The notes under the pieces are model-generated. The model did not search any database and was not told where the DNA came from. It saw only the letters and a program-made list of their open reading frames with translations. Below are positions 40,842-50,222 of a stretch of 64,000 nucleotides of DNA, piece by piece (position 1 is the stretch's first letter; each line of letters starts with the position of its first letter). The stretch is taken from NCBI GenBank assembly GCA_018992685.1, contig JACVGT010000003.1, positions 64,001 to 128,000 on the forward strand. Reading direction: 5' to 3'. The stretch comes from Theionarchaea archaeon. GTDB taxonomy: Archaea > Methanobacteriota_B > Thermococci > Methanofastidiosales > SZ-28-30. The position numbers and the translations under genes were made by a program.

Positions 40842-40867
40842 TGAGCTTCTGGAGAGTCAGAAGCTCA
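40842..40867. terminator. Perfect 10-bp hairpin flanked by T tracts
   Basis: TGAGCTTCTG-N6-CAGAAGCTCA with T7 runs on both sides, downstream of the peptidase gene. Confidence 0.55.
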
Positions 40868-40950
40868 CTCCTTCGTTCTTTTTTTCGAGATTTCTTACTA
40901 CATTACTGGTAAGAAAGCCAGTCAGTCTCCTGAGAAAGACGTGATCTTTC

Positions 40951-40995
40951 CGAAAGACTTATAAACTATCTCACTAGTTGGTAGTTTAGCTAAAC
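40951..40995 (+). promoter_or_regulatory. Promoter and palindromic operator of the wHTH regulator
   Basis: CGAAAGA-CTTATAAA, with perfect palindrome GTTTAGCTAAAC at 40984-40995 over the predicted TSS. Confidence 0.55.
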
Positions 40996-41055
40996 ACGCT
41001 GACTGGAGCTTGGATTAAGGAAATAAATTCAAAAATGAAGGTTCTGGTGATCTAC

Positions 41056-42030
41056 ATGGGCGAATTATCGCGCCTGAGAAAAACGAGAAACTTTCACAAG
41101 ATATTTGAGCAAATTTTTGAGGTGCCTGGAATACCCATATATGAGATAGCCCAGAAAGTTGGAGTGTCTCGAAATACCGCGTCCAAGTACCTGCAGGAGA
41201 TGTATGAGGATCAAGTTCTTGTAGGACCTCAGCTCAGGCTGCTGCCAACGGTCAACTACAAAGAATTTGTTTATCTAATGAATTTTAAGAATCCTTTTCA
41301 CTTATTTGAGGGATTAAGGGAGTTCCCTCACGTTCTCTATCATGGAATGGCTTTTGGAGACTGGAATGCCATGGTAGTTACTGACCGGCTACTGGATTTT
41401 TCTCAACTGCTCGGGTTTGAGAACACTGTGTACCAGGGGGTACGATATCGATCGTACACTCCCAAGGTGGATCATCTTCTCTGGGAGAAAACATTTCATA
41501 GATGTGCTGATTATATGAAGACCTTTACCAAGAGAAGAGAACACAAGAGTCGGGTCCTGGCCCCTTCACTGGATTGGGGAGAAGATCAGTGGAACATATA
41601 CCAGGCGTTTCGGTTCAATACCAGAAAGACTGTCACTACCACACTGAAAAGAATTGGAGTACGCTATGAGACGTACGTTGCATGGATAGAGAATCTGGAC
41701 TCGCACTGTACGGTTCATGCTGGGTTCTATCCCGAAGGATACGAGACCTACATGACCTACTGCTTCTTGTTCTCAACAGAATATGAACAATCAATAAAGA
41801 CTCTCTTTTCTTTTTTCCCCACTACACCTGTCATCATCGAAGTGGGAGATCAATTGATGGTGTTCGTTAATGTTGCCCTCTCTGGTGTGAATAGAGAGTT
41901 ATTCTGTTCAATCTATGATATGAAAGCCCGGGACATCATACAGGGGTTCAAACAGGCAGTAGCAGTCTTTCATTACCCGCATGCCACACCGTGGAAAAGA
42001 TTTCTTTCAGAAGAGAAGCGTACCCAATAG
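41056..42030 (+). CDS. Winged-HTH transcriptional regulator (paralog of 60164-61108)
   Basis: HTH 'IYEIAQKVGVSRNTASKYL'. Shares P-LRL, KE-VY-M-F--P and YPEG blocks with 60164-61108. SD GGTGA. Confidence 0.8.
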   Translation: MGELSRLRKTRNFHKIFEQIFEVPGIPIYEIAQKVGVSRNTASKYLQEMYEDQVLVGPQLRLLPTVNYKEFVYLMNFKNPFHLFEGLREFPHVLYHGMAFGDWNAMVVTDRLLDFSQLLGFENTVYQGVRYRSYTPKVDHLLWEKTFHRCADYMKTFTKRREHKSRVLAPSLDWGEDQWNIYQAFRFNTRKTVTTTLKRIGVRYETYVAWIENLDSHCTVHAGFYPEGYETYMTYCFLFSTEYEQSIKTLFSFFPTTPVIIEVGDQLMVFVNVALSGVNRELFCSIYDMKARDIIQGFKQAVAVFHYPHATPWKRFLSEEKRTQ

Positions 42031-42155
42031 GCGCGCGTGGCGCTGTCTTCGACATTGTTGCTGTCAGAATAAAGCTCTCAAGCACGGGAATGATTCCACT
42101 CTGAACGATACGGCGCTACATGAAAAGGCTTATAAGACAAAACGAAGAGGGCTTA

Positions 42156-42331
42156 CTGAGCGAAAGCGGAAGGTGAGAAGTGTGCCGAAGGAATCTACTT
42201 TCTCAGATACTCCTCTTTTCGGAGAAGAATCCTGGATTGAACCCCTCAGGATATTCTTTCGATCACCTTCTTACAACCTCTGGATCGTAGCTGGATTTTG
42301 TTACCATTTCTGCTCAGAGAGGAGGTTCTCT
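42156..42331 (+). promoter_or_regulatory. Structured 5' leader (or 58-aa uORF) of the FemAB-like GNAT gene
   Basis: TATA at 42129-42136, nested stems CTGAGC/GCTCAG and GAAGGTGA/TCACCTTC, two inner hairpins and an SD hairpin. Confidence 0.5.
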
Positions 42332-42332
42332 A

Positions 42333-43409
42333 ATGACAAGAATTATCCAGACTGTTGAAGACGTTAATAGGAATACGTGGAACGCCCTTGTGGGCACAGA
42401 TAAAGTGGAGACAACGTATGATTGGTTTCTATTCTGCGAAGACGTGAAGCTATCTCCATCCCTTACCTTCTGTCATGCAGTATATACAGAAGACGACGAG
42501 ATAAAGGGCATCATGCCAGCTTACTCTTATCCCATCTATCTGTACAACTTCGTCCGAGAGTCAGGCGTGCGTCCTTTGGCACGGTTGTTCCCGAGGATGA
42601 AGACCAGGTTCAACATGTCCAAGGTACACATTCCTCTTTCGTGCGACTTTCGATTTTTCGGAAATATGTCCTATTTTCACGCCTGCCTAAAGGGAATAGA
42701 AGAGCACATCAGAATCAATAATCATTTCCTTCTCGTTCTTCAGGATTATAAGGAGTCACTCAGCCTCCCAGGATATGTAAAAACAAATGGGTGGCCAGAG
42801 GTATGCCTGGATCCCTATCCTTCATGGGAGAGATACCTTGAATCACAGAAAGGCAAGAGAGCAAAAAGCATTCGGTATGAATACAGAAAAAGTGTTGACT
42901 TAGGAACAAAGACTTTCATGACGGACGACATCGATCAGTACACAGACCTGCTCTATGACATGTATCTGAACGTATGCGATAGGAACGAAGGCATGATTAC
43001 ATATCCCGGAGATTTCTTCAGGAAAATGGAAGATCATCTCTCGCCGTATTCGAGGTGTATATTTGCAGAAGATGGCAACGACATTACAGCATACCTCTAT
43101 CTTCTGGAGAACGAGAACTGGATCTCGTGCAAGTATGCGGGGCGAACCTACGAGTCCGAGGACCCGTATGTGTACTTTCGACTGATGTACGAGATGATAA
43201 AGTACGCTGCCCGGAAAAAGAAGCCAATTTCGGCAGAAAAAGCAGCATACGAGGCAAAACTGAGGAGAGGATTTAGAATTGTGCCACGGTTCAACTATCA
43301 TCGCTCATACTACCCCGTTGTGGGAGATTTATACCTCAAAATGTATAAGACGATTGTTCAGTTCAAGAAAATAGAGAATCTGGAACTTCTGGAATCCCTT
43401 CAGGATTGA
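42333..43409 (+). CDS. FemAB-like (peptidoglycan-bridge type) double-GNAT protein
   Basis: Patterns 'WNAL', 'SWERYL....KRAKSIR.E', 'FF..M', 'YF.LMYE.I.YA' and 'YEAKLRRGF'. Confidence 0.8.
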   Translation: MTRIIQTVEDVNRNTWNALVGTDKVETTYDWFLFCEDVKLSPSLTFCHAVYTEDDEIKGIMPAYSYPIYLYNFVRESGVRPLARLFPRMKTRFNMSKVHIPLSCDFRFFGNMSYFHACLKGIEEHIRINNHFLLVLQDYKESLSLPGYVKTNGWPEVCLDPYPSWERYLESQKGKRAKSIRYEYRKSVDLGTKTFMTDDIDQYTDLLYDMYLNVCDRNEGMITYPGDFFRKMEDHLSPYSRCIFAEDGNDITAYLYLLENENWISCKYAGRTYESEDPYVYFRLMYEMIKYAARKKKPISAEKAAYEAKLRRGFRIVPRFNYHRSYYPVVGDLYLKMYKTIVQFKKIENLELLESLQD

Positions 43410-44860
43410 ATTTCTTCCCGGTCGAAAAGGAATTTACGCAGATCAATGATCTTGAACGCCACAATGCACAACGCGTAGAATCCCATGCCCAGTCCAATGC
43501 CCAGGAACATTCTCTGGTAAAATGCGACAGCAAAGGCCAATACACCTAGAGAGAGGCATCCCATCTTCAAGATGTCTGATTTCACCGGAGTATAGTACGC
43601 ATGGTTTCTCATCTTCATACTCAGATACACAAACTTCACAACCATTGAGGTCAGTGTGGCAAGTGCAGCTCCGGTTATTCCCATTTTCGGAATGAGATAT
43701 ATATTGAGGAGTACGTTCAAAATAAGAGCGAATACGGTAATGTACATGGGAATCCTTGGCTTGCCCATCCCCTGAAAAGTGACAGAGAATATTGAGCAGA
43801 ACGACATGAAGAACATTGCCAGGGAGAGCACCATCAATGCAGTGGATGCCACAACATATTCGACTCCAAAGAAAAGTTTGATCAATCCCTCAGCATACAC
43901 TACAAACAGAATAGTCAGGGGAAAGGTGGCACCAGACGTGTATTTTAAAGCATCACAGAGGTATGTGCCCACGTAGCCTTTTTCTCTGGCCATGTCTTCT
44001 GAGACTGCAGGGAGCAGGGGCAGAGCCACACTTGAGGCGACAGATGTCATGATTCGGGCAATGGGAACTGCTGCATTGTACAGCCCAGCATATGTAACTC
44101 CCAGAAAGTAGGTAATGCAGAAGATGTCAAAGCTCATCAGAATCATCATGGACACACTGGTAATGGTTTTGGGAATGGCAAAGTCAATGAGCTTTCCCAG
44201 GAGACGTACTGACTTTGATCCCCCGGTGAGTGTGAGTTCGCCCCTGAACTTCCTTCTGTAGAACAGGTATGCAGCTGCCAATCCTGAGATGTCACCCAAG
44301 AGGATTCCGAAGACTGCACCCTCAGCGCCCATACCAGAAGAAACCAGTACTATGGCAGCCGCCAGGACTACGAGGTTGTACACCAGGAGTGAATAGGTGT
44401 AGAAAGGAGATTCCTGGTATCCCAGAAATATTCCGTCAATGACTAACCACAGAGCTTCTACAGGCATGACCAGAACCACAATTCTAATGAGGATGCCCAG
44501 GTCAGGTTCGTGGAAAATGGTGTTGGCAATGAAACTGGCAGCCAGGAGGACGAGTACAGTAACAACCAGAGACAGAGGAAAAAGATAGTGCATGGCTGTG
44601 GCCAGATAATTCTGAGCAGTCTTCATGTTTTTCCTGGCTATCTCTTCAGAAAGGTACTTTGAGAGGGCTGCTGCAAATCCTGTGAGAGTAAAGGAAGCAG
44701 TGATGATGATAACAGGTTCTACTGCACTGATAAGTCCGTATCCTCTTACATCCAGCATACGGGCCATGCTGATCTTGTAGAAGTATCGCACGAACCCAAT
44801 GGCAAACATAGCCATGAAGACATTAAAGGTATGGCGGGCCAGTCTGTTACTTCGATCCAT
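43400..44860 (-). CDS. Flippase, MOP/Wzx polysaccharide-exporter family
   Basis: About 14 TM helices and motifs AR-L----YG, AG-YNAA, FFG-EY and LN--LIP--GI-GAALAT. Confidence 0.9.
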   Translation of the reverse strand: MDRSNRLARHTFNVFMAMFAIGFVRYFYKISMARMLDVRGYGLISAVEPVIIITASFTLTGFAAALSKYLSEEIARKNMKTAQNYLATAMHYLFPLSLVVTVLVLLAASFIANTIFHEPDLGILIRIVVLVMPVEALWLVIDGIFLGYQESPFYTYSLLVYNLVVLAAAIVLVSSGMGAEGAVFGILLGDISGLAAAYLFYRRKFRGELTLTGGSKSVRLLGKLIDFAIPKTITSVSMMILMSFDIFCITYFLGVTYAGLYNAAVPIARIMTSVASSVALPLLPAVSEDMAREKGYVGTYLCDALKYTSGATFPLTILFVVYAEGLIKLFFGVEYVVASTALMVLSLAMFFMSFCSIFSVTFQGMGKPRIPMYITVFALILNVLLNIYLIPKMGITGAALATLTSMVVKFVYLSMKMRNHAYYTPVKSDILKMGCLSLGVLAFAVAFYQRMFLGIGLGMGFYALCIVAFKIIDLRKFLFDREEIQS

Positions 44861-45083
44861 GGAGAACTCCTCGGCAGTTAACGATATGACGTCGTGATAC
44901 GCTACCCGAAGCACCCTTTTAATAGTTTGTGTTGAGGAGGAGAGGGAATCCCTTGGTGTGACATTTCATTGTGACAGTGTCCAGGAGACAGGAAGGGAAC
45001 GAATGGTGCCCTCGCCACAGATATTTTTCTTGCTGTAGAGGGAGGTTCTTTGGCTGTCGATAGTAAATGATTCCTGTTCGTGG

Positions 45084-46367
45084 CTATTTTCTGGGTTTGT
45101 GCGCAAGATCAACCTTCACGTGAGAGACTACTGTTCTGAACTTCCCTCTGCCAGTTTCAGGGATGTGATCCACCCGCTCAAATTCCACCGTCACATCTGA
45201 ACCCACAGCACATTTGACATTGGTCACGAGCAGATTCTCCAATTCTACCGTAAATGAAGGGTGAGGTATCACCTGTACGGTTATGTGCTCGCAGGTATTC
45301 TGAGTTACCCTGAACTGCTTGATATGAGGAATAGAAAAGAAATGCGCAATGAGGCGAGTGGGAGGTATCAATTCTCCAGAAGGCGAAACAATAAAATCGT
45401 CGCACCTCCCTTCAATATCCTTGAGAACAGGTAGTGTTCTGCCGCACTGGCAGGGCTCGTCAGAAGGGATTCCAATGTCCTGTAACCGATATCTGATGAA
45501 TGGCATGGCTCTATTCCACAAGTTTGTAACAACGATCTCACCTCGCTCTCCTGGAGCCACAGCCTCTCCATCTCTCAGGAATTCTACAATTCCCCCATCT
45601 ACGTCAATGTGCATGGAATGGTGTTTACATTCCCAGGCGATTGAGATCATTTCATATGCGCCATACTTATTATAGGTGGGGCAGTTGAAGATTCTTTCTA
45701 TGTAGGCTCTATGCCAGGGCAGTGAGAGTTCTCCTCCCAAGAGTATCATTCTTGGGTTACTTCTCACACGAGATCTTTCTGCTGCGTGAGCAAGAGCCAC
45801 CATAGCAGATGGATGCCCAGCCAGTATGTACGGACGCTCTTTTTCTATTTCCTTGACAAGTTCTGTATCAGATCGCCCTTCCATGATACCCTGGGTTCTC
45901 AGAAACGACATGTTCTCGTAAAGTTCATACTCTTCTGGGTCTCTGCAAAGGATACAGAACTTATGCCAAGGCCTCACTCCCTGGGCCAGGTGGCTTCGCA
46001 ATGATACTGCTCGCATCCTGCTGACTGCATATGGATCATGCAAGACTCTGAGCACGCTCCCTGATGCCCCCGAAGTCAACTCCACTGAACAATTCTCTTC
46101 AGAAAACCCTGCAGCTACACTTCTCACAGGATACCCCTCCTTGATTTCTGCCTTGGACGTGAAGGGGATCTTCTTCAGGTCGTCCAGCGTCTTGATGTCC
46201 CATGGGTTGATGCCTGCATTTCTAAATTTCTCTTTGTAAAGCAGGGTATTTCTGTATGCAAACCTCACGATATATCTCATTCGTTTTTCCTGGAATCTTT
46301 TCACGTATTCTGGAGAAGCATATTGTGTTTTGTATGCTACAGGAACGTATGCAAATGCTTTCCACAT
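45084..46367 (-). CDS. CapK/PaaK-like adenylate-forming enzyme 1
   Basis: Motifs TSGASG, YGAYE, RYRLQD, EGRCDD and GRGKFR. SD GAGGTGA. Confidence 0.88.
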   Translation of the reverse strand: MWKAFAYVPVAYKTQYASPEYVKRFQEKRMRYIVRFAYRNTLLYKEKFRNAGINPWDIKTLDDLKKIPFTSKAEIKEGYPVRSVAAGFSEENCSVELTSGASGSVLRVLHDPYAVSRMRAVSLRSHLAQGVRPWHKFCILCRDPEEYELYENMSFLRTQGIMEGRSDTELVKEIEKERPYILAGHPSAMVALAHAAERSRVRSNPRMILLGGELSLPWHRAYIERIFNCPTYNKYGAYEMISIAWECKHHSMHIDVDGGIVEFLRDGEAVAPGERGEIVVTNLWNRAMPFIRYRLQDIGIPSDEPCQCGRTLPVLKDIEGRCDDFIVSPSGELIPPTRLIAHFFSIPHIKQFRVTQNTCEHITVQVIPHPSFTVELENLLVTNVKCAVGSDVTVEFERVDHIPETGRGKFRTVVSHVKVDLAHKPRK

Positions 46368-46390
46368 GAATTCACCTCTGACAAGACTCA

Positions 46391-46460
46391 GCAGCATTAG
46401 AGCGGAAAGAACTTCTAAAGTTCCTGGTTTGACCGCAATAGCAACTGCTCCAATGACTAC
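46391..46460 (-). promoter_or_regulatory. Structured 5' leader of adenylate-forming enzyme 1
   Basis: A 13-bp interrupted stem GTAG-T-CATTGGAGC/GCTCTAATG-CTGC begins at the predicted TSS, with inner hairpin GAACTT/AAGTTC. Confidence 0.45.
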
Positions 46461-46648
46461 TTCTACCTGTAGAAGATCTTAATAAGCTTTTCTTCAGCAT
46501 CCTGCAAGGAGATACTGACGTCTCCTGGGACCATTGGCATACCTGTTCTAAAATCTGTGCATAACCTCTTCAGGGGTATACTTGATGTGTGGTCTGAACC
46601 CATTGGATGGTGGCACAACCTTTATTAGTAATATCCTAAATTTTTCAT

Positions 46649-47908
46649 ATGCTGCTCGAAACAGCTCGTCTCTTGTGGAAGATCCGAAATGAACAATGGC
46701 TTTCTCCTGAGATATTGGATGACATTCGACAAAAGAGACTGAGAGAAATAGTTCATCATGCGTACAACAATACTCGGTTCTACAGGGACTTGTTCACCAA
46801 GAATGGTATTGCCCCTTCAGACATCAAAACCAAAGAGGACTTGACTCTTCTTCCACCCACTACCAAGAGTGATCTTCAGGACAGGTTCCAAGACCTGGTG
46901 GCTGTCGGGTATTCTCCTGAGAACTGTTACGTGTACCACACGTCAGGGTCCACCGGTACCCCTGCTACCATGTTGTATGATTCCTTTGCCAAAGCCTACA
47001 CAGGGGCTGAAGACTACGTTTTCATGTTTGACGTGGGGTACAAGCCCTGGGAGAAGATTGCCTACACCAAGAGAACGCCCTGGACGTCCCATCCCTTACA
47101 GGCTCTTGGAATCATGCGGGCCTGCCACATATTGTCCTCTCTTCCTGAGGAAGAACAGGCGCGTCTCCTCCAGAAAGTGAATCCTTCACTCGTCGTTTCC
47201 TATCCCCTTCTTCTCCATTCCATTGCCAGGGCTGCTCGCAATGAGGGCTGCAACATCCATCCGAAGGCCGCAATCGTCGGTGGGGAACTCCTCACCCCAC
47301 AGGTACGCGCTTTCATTGAAGAGGTTCTCTCTACCTCAATCTTCGAGACCTATGCTACGGTAGAATTCGCCACCATAGCCAAGGAATGTTCTCTCCACAA
47401 CTGGCACATACACAGTACCCGCTGCCTGGTTGAATTCGTGGACGGAAGAATACTAGTTAGCGGGCTTATCAACAAAGCCCTTCCATTACTGCGTTATGAG
47501 ATTGGAGATAGAGGAGCACCTAAAGAAGGGGTCTGCCCCTGCGGAAGGGGGTACCCCATGATGCAGATTCTTGAAGGACGATCTGGAGATCTCTTCATTC
47601 TTCCCAATGGGAGGGAAATCCCTCCGCTCCGCGTGTTCAAGACACGGCTGATACTGGACAGCAATGAGGCGGCCAAAAGGTATCAGATAATCCAGGAGGA
47701 TTATGACCATTTCACCATTCGCGTGGTTCCCACTCCAGCTTTCACGGATGTCATAGCCCAGCAACTGAAAGCACAATTAGTAGAAGACCTGCAGTATCCT
47801 GCGACTGTGGACATTGAGGAGGTAGACACCATACCCCTGATTGATGACCGCAAGTTGAGGGTCAATATCTCTCGCGTCAGGAAGAAGTGCTGTGAAGATT
47901 CCGGATAG
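46649..47908 (+). CDS. CapK/PaaK-like adenylate-forming enzyme 2
   Basis: Motifs TSGSTG-P, YATVE, RYEIGD, EGRSGD and RKLR. Confidence 0.88.
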   Translation: MLLETARLLWKIRNEQWLSPEILDDIRQKRLREIVHHAYNNTRFYRDLFTKNGIAPSDIKTKEDLTLLPPTTKSDLQDRFQDLVAVGYSPENCYVYHTSGSTGTPATMLYDSFAKAYTGAEDYVFMFDVGYKPWEKIAYTKRTPWTSHPLQALGIMRACHILSSLPEEEQARLLQKVNPSLVVSYPLLLHSIARAARNEGCNIHPKAAIVGGELLTPQVRAFIEEVLSTSIFETYATVEFATIAKECSLHNWHIHSTRCLVEFVDGRILVSGLINKALPLLRYEIGDRGAPKEGVCPCGRGYPMMQILEGRSGDLFILPNGREIPPLRVFKTRLILDSNEAAKRYQIIQEDYDHFTIRVVPTPAFTDVIAQQLKAQLVEDLQYPATVDIEEVDTIPLIDDRKLRVNISRVRKKCCEDSG

Positions 47909-48028
47909 CTGCAGCTGTGGATCAGGGAACAAAGTGACTCAAAAAGACACCGATTGATGCGAGTGTGAGAAGATGAGAGACATTCATGAGAGGACTACAC
48001 TTATAAGGAACAAAAAGAAGGGAATCAA

Positions 48029-49285
48029 ATGCTAGTCCAGACACTGTCTTGTCTGCCACAGGTTCTAGCCAGGGAGTGGAAGACCACAGCTTCTATTCAG
48101 AGATATTCACTGGCTGAGATGCGCTCTCTATTACGAGAGGTATTTCGCACCAATCCATTCTACAAGACAAAACTGGAGAATCTCAATATTGAGAAAATAC
48201 GATCAATCGAAGATCTGTCTGCTATCCCTTTTACCACAAAGGGTGAGTTGCGGAAAGCATTTCCTGGTGCCATTTCTGAAGGGTACACTCCCGAGAAATG
48301 TGTCCATGAATCAACCTCAGGTTCGACAGGTGATGTGCTGAGCATCTATCATGATCCCTTCGCCTGCAGTTACTATGACGCGATATCTCTCAGGGAGTAC
48401 ATCGGACTACACATGTGGCCCTGGTACAAAATGTCGTACATCAGATTCGAGCCTCAACCCAGGAGGGCCTTCGAGCAGATAGGTCTCCTCCGCAAGTACT
48501 ACATCCCTGTTACTGCCTCTGCAGAAGAACAGCTTCGCCTGGCGCAGAGTCACAATCCACAGGTTATTAGCGGGTACCCTTCCTCACTATATGAAATAGC
48601 CCGTATTTACAGGGAGGATTCAGTCTCTTGGGATTTGAAAATGATCCTGTCGAACTCTGAACTGCTTACCGATTCCATGAGGGAGTACATGGAATCTGCG
48701 TTCGGCTGCCCTGTCTACAACGACTACTCTTCCTTTGAACTGCATAACATAGCGGCTGAATGCCCCTTTAAAAGCTTGCACATACATGTTGACAATAACA
48801 TTGTAGAAATCATCAGAGAAGGAGAACAGGCAGCTCCAGGAGAGACTGGTGAGATAGTGGTCACCAACATTAGAAACAGGGCCATGCCCTTCATACGGTA
48901 CCGGACAGGTGACTATGGAGCACTCGATGAAGAACCCTGCCCCTGCGGGAGAGGACTACCAGTTCTCAAGAGTATTGAAGGACGGAAAGACGAGTATCTG
49001 ATCTTGCCATCAGGGGGCCACGTTTCTCCCCGCGTATTTGATCCACTGGATTCAATCTTTCACCAGTACGTTTCCAAGTTCCAGATTATTCAAGAGCGGA
49101 AAGACAGATTTCTGATAAAGGTGGTCAGGGAAGGGAATTACCATGATGGCGTGACAGACATGCTTGTCAAGGAGGCTAAGAGGTGTTTTCCGCAGCCAAT
49201 AGAGGTGGAGGTCATACCAGTGGAAGATATTTCCAGAACTGGAAGGGGAAAGCTCCGTGCAGTCTTGTGCGAGGTGGCCTCATGA
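48029..49285 (+). CDS. CapK/PaaK-like adenylate-forming enzyme 3
   Basis: Motifs TSGSTG, YSSFE, RYRTGD, EGRKDE and GRGKLR. Confidence 0.88.
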   Translation: MLVQTLSCLPQVLAREWKTTASIQRYSLAEMRSLLREVFRTNPFYKTKLENLNIEKIRSIEDLSAIPFTTKGELRKAFPGAISEGYTPEKCVHESTSGSTGDVLSIYHDPFACSYYDAISLREYIGLHMWPWYKMSYIRFEPQPRRAFEQIGLLRKYYIPVTASAEEQLRLAQSHNPQVISGYPSSLYEIARIYREDSVSWDLKMILSNSELLTDSMREYMESAFGCPVYNDYSSFELHNIAAECPFKSLHIHVDNNIVEIIREGEQAAPGETGEIVVTNIRNRAMPFIRYRTGDYGALDEEPCPCGRGLPVLKSIEGRKDEYLILPSGGHVSPRVFDPLDSIFHQYVSKFQIIQERKDRFLIKVVREGNYHDGVTDMLVKEAKRCFPQPIEVEVIPVEDISRTGRGKLRAVLCEVAS

Positions 49286-50217
49286 TCCGGAGGCTTCGCA
49301 TCTCTGATACTGATCAGTTTGTGGAGATTTTGAACAGTGCCTTTGGCAGGGAGCTCCATCACATTGGAGGACAATATGGAGCCACCAAGAGGAAAATGAT
49401 GGTTCAGTATCTGGGAATTCGAATGCTGCAGAGACTGTTTGGAGATGTCAGGGATCTGCAGGACATATTTGCGTACTATGATGGGCGCACTGTGCTGGGT
49501 ATCACTCAAATGGTCCTCATGAACGCGCACAAGAATCACTGGTATTCTGAGATGACTGCAGTCAGGGAAAACCTCCAGAAGAAGGGAGTGGGCACAGCTC
49601 TGAAGCAATTCACCATAGAGTATTACACAGGGAAGGCACGACGGTTTTTTGGGAATTTGAGGGAAGAAAACGTGGCTTCATTGAAAACTAACGCTCGGGT
49701 GGGGTATGTCCCATATGTGAGGGATATTCTGTTCAAGAGAGAACCTTCCAGAAAAGGTGAGAGGAGACATATTGAAGGCTTCAGACACTTTAAAGGAGAT
49801 GAGAAAGGAGTATTCGATCTGTATATGAGAACCACTCCTCCAGACATTAGAGAACTGGAGGACAAAGTCCTCGATGACTTCGGTCTGGGGGCAGTGATGA
49901 AGGTACTGGCTCTTCTGGGCGCGGTCACAGGCGTAGGAGATAATCGGTACGTCATTGAACGTGATGGCAGAATCTGTGCCTACTTTTCCTTTGAAAAGCT
50001 GTGGTCAACCTACGAGAATGTTGAGCTCATGGTGGACCCTACATGCCCTGAAGGCCCGGACATGGTAAAGGATGTTGTCCTGGCAGTGTCACCCTCAAGT
50101 CACTTGGTCTGTTTTGTCCCCGAATACCGGGCAATTGAGAAGCAGGGGCTGATCAAGGCCGGGTTTGAGGAAGAAGAGCCATATCTGAGAATTGTGCGAG
50201 TTTTTCAAGGTGGGTGA
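49282..50217 (+). CDS. GNAT acyltransferase (two-domain)
   Basis: ATGA coupling to the upstream ligase, acyl-CoA motif A 'AVRENLQKKGVGTAL' and 'ENVASLK....GY'. Confidence 0.85.
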   Translation: MIRRLRISDTDQFVEILNSAFGRELHHIGGQYGATKRKMMVQYLGIRMLQRLFGDVRDLQDIFAYYDGRTVLGITQMVLMNAHKNHWYSEMTAVRENLQKKGVGTALKQFTIEYYTGKARRFFGNLREENVASLKTNARVGYVPYVRDILFKREPSRKGERRHIEGFRHFKGDEKGVFDLYMRTTPPDIRELEDKVLDDFGLGAVMKVLALLGAVTGVGDNRYVIERDGRICAYFSFEKLWSTYENVELMVDPTCPEGPDMVKDVVLAVSPSSHLVCFVPEYRAIEKQGLIKAGFEEEEPYLRIVRVFQGG

Positions 50218-50222
50218 GGTTA

